Assembly: GCA_937968065.1 (NCBI GenBank) | Contig: CALBUD010000011.1 | Span: 1 to 18,406 of the forward strand | Direction: 5' to 3' | Origin: Candidatus Iainarchaeum sp. | Lineage (GTDB): Archaea > Iainarchaeota > Iainarchaeia > Iainarchaeales > CSSED10-239 | DNA length: 18,406 bases | In this document: positions 1 to 7,263 of the stretch, one piece after another | How the letters are laid out: each line of letters begins with the position of its first letter | Position numbering within the stretch: the stretch's first letter is position 1 | Notes under the pieces: model-generated | Databases searched by the model: none | Told to the model about the DNA's origin: nothing | The model's input: the letters and a program-made list of their open reading frames with translations, nothing else | Translations under genes and position numbers: made by a program

Positions 1-1
1 T

Positions 2-595
2 ATAAGAGATTTTAAATCTAAAAGATTTATTTTTAAAAATCATTTTATCTATTATAATTCTAAAATAAATTTAACAACTATGTTTTTTGATTCTCAAAAA
101 TTGAATTATTTTCAAGAAAATTTTATTTTTAAAAATTCAGAAATAAATCAAAATGACTTATCTTTTCTTTCTAAACATCAACTAAATAAAATAAATATTA
201 TCAATACTCATATGAATAAAAAAACAATTTCAAATACAACCATTAAAAATATTTTAAAAGATTCTTCTTTTATAAGATATGATGGTCTTATAAATATTTT
301 AAAAAAAGCTGATTTTTCAAAAGCATATCTCGAAACAAACAATATGCTTCTTTCAAAAAAGGCAAAATCAATAAATATACCTATGTTAGAAATTGAACCT
401 AAAAATGTAAAAGCAACTCATGCGGCAACAGTTGAACATGTAACTGATGATCAATTATTTTATTTAGGTACAAGAGCAATTTCTAAAAAGAAAGCAAATA
501 ATTTAATAATTTCTTCTTTTTTAATTTCAAACTTAAATAATTATTCAGAAGAAATTAAAAATTATATTTCTAAAAAAATTATTGAAAAGTTATGA
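2..595 (+). CDS. SufB/SufD-family Fe-S cluster assembly protein, C-terminal part (5'-partial at the contig edge)
   Basis: The C-terminal segment NNMLLSKKAKSINIPMLEIEPKNVKATHAATVEHVTDDQLFYLGTRAISKKKANNLIISSFL matches the conserved SufB/SufD core (LLLS..A....P.LEI..DDVK..HGATvG..D..qLFYL.sRG). The frame stays open from base 2 to the first ATG at 80, so the gene probably continues off the window. The stop overlaps the next start (ATGA at 592-595). Confidence 0.75.
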   Translation: MRDFKSKRFIFKNHFIYYNSKINLTTMFFDSQKLNYFQENFIFKNSEINQNDLSFLSKHQLNKINIINTHMNKKTISNTTIKNILKDSSFIRYDGLINILKKADFSKAYLETNNMLLSKKAKSINIPMLEIEPKNVKATHAATVEHVTDDQLFYLGTRAISKKKANNLIISSFLISNLNNYSEEIKNYISKKIIEKL

Positions 596-1002
596 ATGAA
601 GATTATATCCCCTCTCAAATAATTTTAGATTATTATTCTAATCCAGTAAACTATGGTAAATTAAAAAAATATGATTTAACAATAACAGGAAAAAATAGTG
701 ATTGTGTAGATATAATTACTTTTTATCTACAACTATCTAAAGATAAAAAAACAATTCAAAAAATTTCTTTTGAACATTCTGGTTGTGTTATCTCAAAAGC
801 AGGAGGTTGCATTACAACAGAACTTGTAATTAATAAAAAAATAAGTGAAATATTATCTATTTCTCCAGAAACTCTTATAAATAATTTAGGTGGTGTTTTA
901 AAAACAAGAATTAAATGTGCTTATCTTTCTATAAATCTTTTAAAAAAAGGATTATCTGATTTTTTAAAAAAAGAAACTTTTTCCAAAAAATTTTTTTTAT
1001 GA
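592..1002 (+). CDS. sufU: SufU/IscU-family (NifU N-terminal-like) Fe-S scaffold protein
   Basis: Three scaffold cysteine motifs are present: NSDCVD, HSGCVISKAG and TRIKCAYLSINLL (compare SufU GNPxCGD / GxGCxIS / ARIKCATLxW). It is translationally coupled to the upstream SufB/D-like gene by an ATGA overlap. Confidence 0.75.
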   Translation: MNEDYIPSQIILDYYSNPVNYGKLKKYDLTITGKNSDCVDIITFYLQLSKDKKTIQKISFEHSGCVISKAGGCITTELVINKKISEILSISPETLINNLGGVLKTRIKCAYLSINLLKKGLSDFLKKETFSKKFFL

Positions 1003-1005
1003 AAT

Positions 1006-1866
1006 TTAGTGTCTTTTAAGATTTAATTTTTCTGCATATTTAAATTTTCCAAAATTACTTCCAAGCTTTTCTTTTTTAGCTTTATCTCTATAATGTATAA
1101 CTCTATCTTCTCTTTCTTCAATTGTTTCATATGACATAATGCCTGGACCACCCACACAACCACCTTTACAAAAAAGCAAATCTGCAAATATAATTTTTTT
1201 GTTTTCTTTAAATTTTTTAATTGCTTTATCTATTTCTTGAAAACCATCTGCAATAATTATCTCGTTTGGTTTTAAAAGTCCTCTTTGATTCATTGTTTCT
1301 GCAACAGCACCTGATAGAGGGTATATTTTAGTATAATCATTATAAAATTTATCAAATGTTTTTTTCTCTGTTTCTTTTTTTTTATAATATCCATTTTCTT
1401 TTGAATATTTAAAAACATCATATAATTCTTTAAAAGTTAAAGCATAATCAACATCCTTTGTTTCTTTTGCTTCTTGTTTTTTAGAAAAGCAAGGCCCTAC
1501 AAAGATTGTTTTATATTCTGGATATTCTTTTTTCATAAATCTACCCATTAAAACCATTGGAGATGCAATATCTAAAATTTTATCTTTAATTTCTGGATAT
1601 TTGGTTTCAATATATTTAACCACACTAGGACAATTTGCACAAATATATTGTCTTTTTTTATTTTTTTCAATAATTTCGTGTGTTTTTTTATTTATGAGTT
1701 TTGCAGAATAGGTAAGCTCTACAACTTTATTAAATCCAATCCTTCTAAGTTCAGTAATTATTTTAGGATATTTAAAATCAACAACAAAACTGGGTGCTAA
1801 AAGGCAAATACACTTTTGTTTATTTATTATTTTTGAAATTTCAATTAATTCATTATTTATTTCCAT
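1006..1866 (-). CDS. Minimal [FeFe]-hydrogenase large-subunit C-terminal (H-cluster) domain-like Fe-S protein, Nar1/HydA-like
   Basis: Motifs collinear with the HydA H-domain: LAPSFVVDF; ICANCPSVVKYIETKYPE (L1, TSCCPxW-like); ASPMVLMG; VGPCFSKKQEA (L2, MPCxxKxxE); PLSGAVAETM; LLFCKGGCVGGPG (L3, MxCxxGCxxGxG). There is no N-terminal ferredoxin domain. The start lies 6 nt after the taw1 stop. Confidence 0.7.
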   Translation of the reverse strand: MEINNELIEISKIINKQKCICLLAPSFVVDFKYPKIITELRRIGFNKVVELTYSAKLINKKTHEIIEKNKKRQYICANCPSVVKYIETKYPEIKDKILDIASPMVLMGRFMKKEYPEYKTIFVGPCFSKKQEAKETKDVDYALTFKELYDVFKYSKENGYYKKKETEKKTFDKFYNDYTKIYPLSGAVAETMNQRGLLKPNEIIIADGFQEIDKAIKKFKENKKIIFADLLFCKGGCVGGPGIMSYETIEEREDRVIHYRDKAKKEKLGSNFGKFKYAEKLNLKRH

Positions 1867-1872
1867 AATTTT

Positions 1873-2850
1873 TCATTTTATAAAATTTTTATATTTTGAA
1901 TTTTTATTTTTTAAAAGAACAATTCTTGATTTAGGATCTTCTTCTTCAATTTTAAATAATTTTGATTTTTTTTCAATTTCTTTAGAATACTTTAATATTT
2001 CTGCAGGTGTTGGCATATTTTCAAATTTCATTTTTTCTCTAGAAGATCCTATATGCATGTAGGATTTTATTTCTAAAAAATCAGCCTCTGTTTTTTCAAA
2101 CATTTTTATAAAGTCATCTAAATCTTTTAAAGAATCGTTCATTCCTTTAATCATAGTAAATCTTAAAACTCTTCTACATTTAAGTTTAGAAAATAAATTA
2201 ATAGTTTCATTAAATCTTTTCCAAGAATCTGTAATTTTAGATTTATTTATTTTATCATGTTGTTTTTCATTACAACATTCAATAGATAAATATAATTGTG
2301 TTGGAAGAGCTTTTTCTTTTTGAAGTTTTAAAAGCATTTTTGGTTCAAGACCGTTAGTTACAATAAATATAGTTTTTATTTCTTTTTTACTTTTAAGATA
2401 TTTAACCATTTCTGGCAAATGAGGATAAATAGTTGGTTCTCCAGATAAAGAAATTGCAACATGTGTTGGTATTTTTGCTTCATCATACATTTCTTTTGAA
2501 ACTTTTATGTTCCCACCAAATCCTGTTAATAATTTTTTTCTTTCAACAAATAAATTCTCAACAATTTCTTTTGGTTTATCTATTTTTCCTGTAAGTTTAT
2601 AATTTTTCATATATTCTACAGGTCTCCAACAAAAAATACAGTTTTGATGACACCAAATAACAGAAGGAGTTATTTGTGCACATCTATGACAATCAACATT
2701 ATAGAATTTTTGTTTATAACAAACACCTTGTCCTCTAAGTGCTTTTTTATTCCATTCACAAATCTCAACTGCAGAATGTTCTCCGAAGATTCCATATTTT
2801 TTATGTTTTAAATCTTTAAAAATTATTTCTTTATTATCTATATTTGTCAT
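1873..2850 (-). CDS. taw1: tRNA 4-demethylwyosine synthase (radical SAM, TYW1/Taw1)
   Basis: YGIFGEHSAVEICEWNKKALRGQGVCYKQKFYNVDCHRCAQITPSVIWCHQNCIFCWRP is the characteristic Taw1 N-terminus, carrying the auxiliary-cluster cysteines plus the CxxxCxxC radical-SAM motif. The length of 325 aa is typical. Confidence 0.9.
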   Translation of the reverse strand: MTNIDNKEIIFKDLKHKKYGIFGEHSAVEICEWNKKALRGQGVCYKQKFYNVDCHRCAQITPSVIWCHQNCIFCWRPVEYMKNYKLTGKIDKPKEIVENLFVERKKLLTGFGGNIKVSKEMYDEAKIPTHVAISLSGEPTIYPHLPEMVKYLKSKKEIKTIFIVTNGLEPKMLLKLQKEKALPTQLYLSIECCNEKQHDKINKSKITDSWKRFNETINLFSKLKCRRVLRFTMIKGMNDSLKDLDDFIKMFEKTEADFLEIKSYMHIGSSREKMKFENMPTPAEILKYSKEIEKKSKLFKIEEEDPKSRIVLLKNKNSKYKNFIK

Positions 2851-2874
2851 ATAAATAAGTTTATTTAGTTCTCT

Positions 2875-2882
2875 TTATAAAC
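2875..2882. promoter_or_regulatory. Palindromic TATA-like box TTTATAAA in the taw1 / Trx-protein divergent spacer
   Basis: It is centred about 28 nt from the taw1 ATG (2850, minus strand, no SD), which suggests a leaderless mRNA. It also lies about 27 nt upstream of a plausible TSS preceding the GGTGA SD (2919-2923) of the plus-strand gene. The background is AT-rich, so this call is weak. Confidence 0.3.
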
Positions 2883-2929
2883 ATTTTTATTTTTAATTAT
2901 AATATAATAATAATTAAAGGTGATTTATT

Positions 2930-4468
2930 TTGAGTTCTAAAAAGAAAAATGTAAAAATTGTATTTGAAAATAAGAATGATAAAGTTTCTGATTCTAATGA
3001 AAAAAATACAACCCAAAATTCTTCTAAAAATATAACACATAAACATAAATCTCATAAACATGTTGCTCATAAACATGAAGCACACAAACACGAAGCTCAT
3101 AAAAAAAATGTAACTCATAAAAAGCATGATACTAAAACAAGAGATTTTATAATTATTGGTATTTTAGCATTTTTAATTATAATAGTTTTAGTAATATCTT
3201 TTCTAATTCCAGTTAATACAGATACAACACCTACTGATAATTTAGATGCTAATACTACTGACACTAATCTTTTAGATCTACCAGACATAGATCTTGAAGA
3301 TTTTCAAAACAGAATGTTTGAATTAAATTTAAGAATATTAACAGAGATTAAAGATTATCAATTAGAGATTCTTTCTGAATCTTATGATGATTTTAATTTA
3401 AATTCTGAACAAATGAATACTTGTATTTTAGAAAATGATTTCTTATCTCAAGAAGTAGATCCTTTACAATTTTCAAAAATAAGTGAAATTTATGATGATT
3501 TTCTTCTTTCTCAAGAGCTAGGAATTGTTGTAACACCAACAATATATGTTAACGGATATCTTTTTTCAGGAGCTAAAGATTATAATACTTTTACAAATTT
3601 TATAGATTCTGTAGAAAATACTGAAAATTTAATTTTAGATTATGAAGAAAAATCTTTTAATTATGATTCTTCTGATTTAAAATTATATGTTATTTATGAT
3701 GTTGAAAATGAACTAATAAATAATAAAAATTTAGAATTTATAGATTTTATTCAAGAATCTGATCTTTTAATAGAAAGTGTTAGAGATGTATTTAAAGAAA
3801 TTTTTTCAATAGATGAGATTGTATATCTTCAATATGATCTTTTAGAAGGAAAAGAAATTCTTCAAACAATAGATGCAGAATCTTTGCCAGTTTATTATCT
3901 TTTAGGAGATATTTCTACAACAAACTTTTATAATGATGAAGAACAAAAAAATTTATTTGATATTATTTTTAAAGAAGACATTATAAATGAAGGATATATA
4001 GCAAATGATTTTATTTTAAATCAATTAATCTCTCAAAGTTCTATTGATGGGGTTTATAAATTATTAGATTATAAAAGTTTAATAGAACAAGATCACGTAA
4101 TTGGAAATGAAGATGCAAAAACAAATTTATTATTATTTACAGATTATGATTGTCCTTTCTGTAAAACTTTTGAAACAGATACACTTACTGAAGATTTTAT
4201 AACAGAGTATATTGATTTAAATAAAGCAAATCTTGTTTTAAAACCAATACCAACAAGTGATTCTTTACTTCCAATTATTTTTTTGAAATGTTCTGAAGAT
4301 CAAGAAAAATCTTTAGAAGTTCACAAAAAAATATTTGAATTAAGTCCAATTATTGGTTTTGAACCAGCATATAATTTAATTTCAGAAAAATATTCTCAAG
4401 AAATTAATGATATTCAAATGGAATATGAAATTTTAATGAAATTATATGATGATTCTGAATTCCAATAA
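2930..4468 (+). CDS. Membrane-anchored extracytoplasmic thioredoxin-fold / DsbA-like oxidoreductase with a His/Lys-rich N-terminal tail
   Basis: TTG start 6 nt after the GGTGA SD. Residues 37-67 form the HKHxx repeat tail. A single TM segment follows (FIIIGILAFLIIIVLVISFLIP). A DsbA-like C-terminal half is present (GIVVTPTIYVNGYLFSGAKDYNTFTNFI). A DsbA-like N-terminal half with CxxC is present (LLLFTDYDCPFCKTFE, nt 4151-4162), followed by the helical insert (FLKCSEDQEKSLEVHKKIFE). Confidence 0.7.
   Translation: MSSKKKNVKIVFENKNDKVSDSNEKNTTQNSSKNITHKHKSHKHVAHKHEAHKHEAHKKNVTHKKHDTKTRDFIIIGILAFLIIIVLVISFLIPVNTDTTPTDNLDANTTDTNLLDLPDIDLEDFQNRMFELNLRILTEIKDYQLEILSESYDDFNLNSEQMNTCILENDFLSQEVDPLQFSKISEIYDDFLLSQELGIVVTPTIYVNGYLFSGAKDYNTFTNFIDSVENTENLILDYEEKSFNYDSSDLKLYVIYDVENELINNKNLEFIDFIQESDLLIESVRDVFKEIFSIDEIVYLQYDLLEGKEILQTIDAESLPVYYLLGDISTTNFYNDEEQKNLFDIIFKEDIINEGYIANDFILNQLISQSSIDGVYKLLDYKSLIEQDHVIGNEDAKTNLLLFTDYDCPFCKTFETDTLTEDFITEYIDLNKANLVLKPIPTSDSLLPIIFLKCSEDQEKSLEVHKKIFELSPIIGFEPAYNLISEKYSQEINDIQMEYEILMKLYDDSEFQ
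3038..3130 (+). repeat. In-frame imperfect 15-nt tandem repeat encoding (HKHxA)n
   Basis: cataaacat-NNNNNN units encode HKHKS HKHVA HKHEA HKHEA HKKNVT HKKHD. Confidence 0.8.
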
Positions 4469-4491
4469 TTTCTTCTTTTTTTCTTTTTTTT
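4469..4491 (+). terminator. Oligo-T tract (archaeal-type terminator candidate)
   Basis: tttcttctttttttctttttttt lies directly after the stop codon at 4466-4468. Confidence 0.4.
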
Positions 4492-4545
4492 AAAAATACC
4501 TTTCATTTAAATATTTAATTATTCATTAATATATATATTTAATAT

Positions 4546-4618
4546 GGGTCCGTGGCCTAGTGGATAGGGCAACAGCCTTCTAAGCTGTGGGTCGAGGGTT
4601 CGAATCCCTCCGGACTCA
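4546..4618 (+). tRNA. tRNA-Arg (anticodon UCU)
   Basis: Manual cloverleaf: acceptor GGGTCCG/CGGACTC (one G-U pair); D arm GCCT-AGTGGATA-GGGC; anticodon stem ACAGC/GCTGT with loop CTTCTAA (TCT at 4579-4581); T arm GAGGG-TTCGAAT-CCCTC; discriminator A. No encoded CCA and no intron. Confidence 0.9.
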
Positions 4619-4649
4619 CATTTATCTTTAAAAATGGAGGTGGTTTTTT

Positions 4650-4922
4650 TTGAAAAAAAAAGCAACTGGTTTAATATTAGTTTTTTATTTGTTTGTTGTT
4701 ATTGTTGCTCTCGTAGCTTTTAATTTAACTATTTACGGAGATGCCGCAATGGGCTTGACAAGTGCTAAAGAATGTGGTTCTTGTAAATATTATTTAAATG
4801 GAACAACAAGTACAAAAACATGTGATTATGTAAAAGTAGGTTTTGGAACCGGTTATTGTAAATGCCCAGTTCCTGATGATGGGATACAATCAGAAGGTTG
4901 TGGTGTTTCTGATGATAAATAA
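4650..4922 (+). CDS. Small exported/membrane-anchored cysteine-rich protein (hypothetical)
   Basis: TTG start preceded by a strong GGAGGTG SD (4637-4643). It has an N-terminal KKK plus a roughly 20-aa hydrophobic segment. Six Cys are present (CGSC, C58, CKC, C84), along with two N-x-T sequons. The region is visibly more GC-rich and coding-like than the spacers. No family is recognised. Confidence 0.6.
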   Translation: MKKKATGLILVFYLFVVIVALVAFNLTIYGDAAMGLTSAKECGSCKYYLNGTTSTKTCDYVKVGFGTGYCKCPVPDDGIQSEGCGVSDDK

Positions 4923-6626
4923 ATGATTTCTATGGATTATAAAAAATTATTTTCAGACGTTCTTCTAGATATAATTGATTTAGATTTAGATAAAATTAAT
5001 TCTGAGATAAAACAACCAATTAATCCAGAGCATGGAGATCTTTCTTTTCCTGTTTTTGAATTATCTAAAAAACAAAAAAAAATACCAAATGTTTTAGCAG
5101 AAGAAATTTCCCAAAAATTATCTTCAAAATATTTTTCTTTTTCTTCAATAAATGGTTATATTAATGCAAAAATAAAAACTTCTTTTCTAATAAAAGAAAC
5201 AATTAAAGAAGCTATTGAAAAAAAAGAAAACTTTGGAAAAATAAATTTAGATAATAACTTATATGTTATTGATACTTTTAATGCAAATCCATTAAAGATG
5301 TTACATATTGGCCATTTAAGAAATATAGTTACTGGAGATTTTGTACATAATATTTTAAAATTTGTAGGAGCTGATTCTAAACCAATATCTTATGGTGGAG
5401 ATATAGGTACTCATGTTGTAAAATGGTATTGGTATTATAAAAAATTACCTGAAAATGAAAAAATAATTCCAAAAAAAGATGTTTCTAAATGGTTTGGAAA
5501 TATTTATCTTAAAGCAGGTATTTTATTTGAAGAGGATAAAGAAAAACATAAAGAAGAAATTAATCAATTACAAATAGAAATAATGAATAATCCTTCTCTT
5601 CAAAAAGAAATAAAATATCTTGCAATAGAAAGTCAAAAAGCATATAATAAGATTGGAGAAGAGTTATCTATAACTATAGATAGTGGTTTTTTAGAATCTG
5701 AAGCAGAAATAAAATTTAATGAAATTAGAGAAGAGTTATTTAAAAAATATAAAGATCTTTTTATAGAAAGTGAAGGTGCGATTGTTGCTGATTTAAAAGA
5801 TAAAGAACTTGGATATTTTATAATTATTAAAAATAATGGAGCTTTACTTTATGGAGCAAAAGATATTTCTCTTTTAAAGTTAAAACAAGAAAGATATCCT
5901 TCTTTAAAAAATTTTATATATGTTATTGCTTCAGAACAAGATTTTTATCTTAAACAATTATTTAAATTATTTTCAATAATTTATCCTGATACCAATCATT
6001 ATCATGTAAGTCATGGCCTTATAAACACCTCTGAAGGAAAAATGAAATCAAGAGAAGGTGGACATTTTTTATATGAAGATTTTAGAGATGAAATTTTTGT
6101 AAATGTTAAAAAAAAATTAATTGAAAATGGTCTTTTAGAAAATGAAGAAATTATAAAAGAAATTTCTTTTGGTGTTATGAAATTTGAGATGCTTAAAACT
6201 AATTTAAATAAAAATATAGTTTTTGATATTTCTCAAGCTCTTGATTTTCAAGGAGATACCTCTCCGTATGTTCAATATAGTGGTGTTAGAGCAAAAAGTA
6301 TTTTAAGAAAAGTTGATTTTCAAGATTCTTTCTTAAATAACCTGGATTATAATTATTCTTTTGAAAAAGAAGAACATTTGTTAGCTTTAAAAATAAATGA
6401 TTTTAAAGAAAAAGTTATTTTAGCATATAATGGTTATAAATCTCACATTCTTGTAAACTACACTTTAGAACTTGCACATATATTTAATAAATTTTACACC
6501 ACCTGTCCTGTTTTAGTTGAGGATGAAAAAATAAAAAACACAAGATTGTTTTTAATAAAATCTTTTTTAATCACTCTTGAAAATGCATTAAATATATTAG
6601 GTATAAAAATACCTGAAAAAATGTGA
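4923..6626 (+). CDS. argS: Arginine--tRNA ligase (class I)
   Basis: The N-terminal Add-1-like domain (PEHGDLSFPVFELSKKQKKIPNVLAEEI), the HIGH motif (NPLKMLHIGHLRN), the KMSKS-like GKMKSREG and the C-terminal DALR-type anticodon-binding helices are all present. The ATG follows the upstream TAA directly. An alternative ATG is at 4932. Confidence 0.9.
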   Translation: MISMDYKKLFSDVLLDIIDLDLDKINSEIKQPINPEHGDLSFPVFELSKKQKKIPNVLAEEISQKLSSKYFSFSSINGYINAKIKTSFLIKETIKEAIEKKENFGKINLDNNLYVIDTFNANPLKMLHIGHLRNIVTGDFVHNILKFVGADSKPISYGGDIGTHVVKWYWYYKKLPENEKIIPKKDVSKWFGNIYLKAGILFEEDKEKHKEEINQLQIEIMNNPSLQKEIKYLAIESQKAYNKIGEELSITIDSGFLESEAEIKFNEIREELFKKYKDLFIESEGAIVADLKDKELGYFIIIKNNGALLYGAKDISLLKLKQERYPSLKNFIYVIASEQDFYLKQLFKLFSIIYPDTNHYHVSHGLINTSEGKMKSREGGHFLYEDFRDEIFVNVKKKLIENGLLENEEIIKEISFGVMKFEMLKTNLNKNIVFDISQALDFQGDTSPYVQYSGVRAKSILRKVDFQDSFLNNLDYNYSFEKEEHLLALKINDFKEKVILAYNGYKSHILVNYTLELAHIFNKFYTTCPVLVEDEKIKNTRLFLIKSFLITLENALNILGIKIPEKM

Positions 6627-6633
6627 CTTTTGG

Positions 6634-7257
6634 ATGAAACAAAAATATTTTGATTTTGTAATGGATGATTTAATAGAAAACACATCTATTAAAGAATTAG
6701 AACATATATTTATTAATCTTAATATTAAAACAGTATATGTTTTAAGAGAACTTAAAAAAAAAGAAGATTATTCAATAAAATTTATTCTTCCAAAAACATC
6801 TTCAAATAAAATAATTTTAAAAAAAGCTTATCTTCTAAAAGATCCTTCTCTTTTTCATTTATATAAAGAAAAAGAAATTCTTTTTGTTGAATCTAAGTCA
6901 TTAAAAAATAATACTTTTATCTCAACTCACAAAAAAATAAAATTTTTAAAAGACCCTCTTTCAGAAAAGCTTTCTTTTGATGAACAAAATGCAAGATCTT
7001 GTTTTCAAAATAAAATAAAAGTTGTTTTTGATATTAATCTTTTTAGATCTAATAATAATAAATCTTTTTTAAAACAAGCAATTTTTATAATTCCTCTTTT
7101 AAAAAAACATAAAGTAGATATGATTTTTTCAAGTTTTGCAAAAACAAAAGAAGATTTAGTTGATTTTAATATTTTTTCTTCTTTTCTTAAAAATTTTTAT
7201 CTAGAAGAAGAGATAATTAATAGATTTTTATCAAAGGAAATTTTAAAATTAGAATGA
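6634..7257 (+). CDS. rnp3: RNase P protein component 3 (Rpp30 homologue), divergent
   Basis: The C-terminal half (KFLKDPLSEKLSFDEQNARSCFQNKIKVVFDINLF...IIPLLKKHKVDMIFSSFAKTKEDL) follows the Rpp30 TIM-barrel pattern (vDil.hP....ld....a.e..vaiEi.l.....r........l.kky.v.ivlsSgA....elr). It sits immediately upstream of Pop5, in the conserved superoperon position. Confidence 0.65.
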   Translation: MKQKYFDFVMDDLIENTSIKELEHIFINLNIKTVYVLRELKKKEDYSIKFILPKTSSNKIILKKAYLLKDPSLFHLYKEKEILFVESKSLKNNTFISTHKKIKFLKDPLSEKLSFDEQNARSCFQNKIKVVFDINLFRSNNNKSFLKQAIFIIPLLKKHKVDMIFSSFAKTKEDLVDFNIFSSFLKNFYLEEEIINRFLSKEILKLE

Positions 7258-7263
7258 TAAAAT

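Noticed and set aside
2897-3127. 76-aa minus-strand ORF (MFM/FMS-rich) opposite the His-rich repeat
   Set aside because: This is a mirror image of the HKH repeat: CAT/AAA codons read in reverse as ATG/TTT. It has no start context and overlaps a supported gene.
4650-4740. Class III (type IV pilin-like) signal peptide on the Cys-rich protein
   Set aside because: The KKKA-TG junction does not fit the [KR][GA][ALIFQMVED] prepilin peptidase site as I know it. An ordinary signal or anchor is more parsimonious.
4619-4922. The small ORF as an arginine-sensing leader peptide or tRNA-dependent attenuator for argS
   Set aside because: The 90-aa ORF contains no Arg codon at all. It looks like a genuine exported Cys-rich protein, and no T-box-like structure is visible in the 31-nt spacer. 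T-box riboswitches are also a bacterial mechanism.
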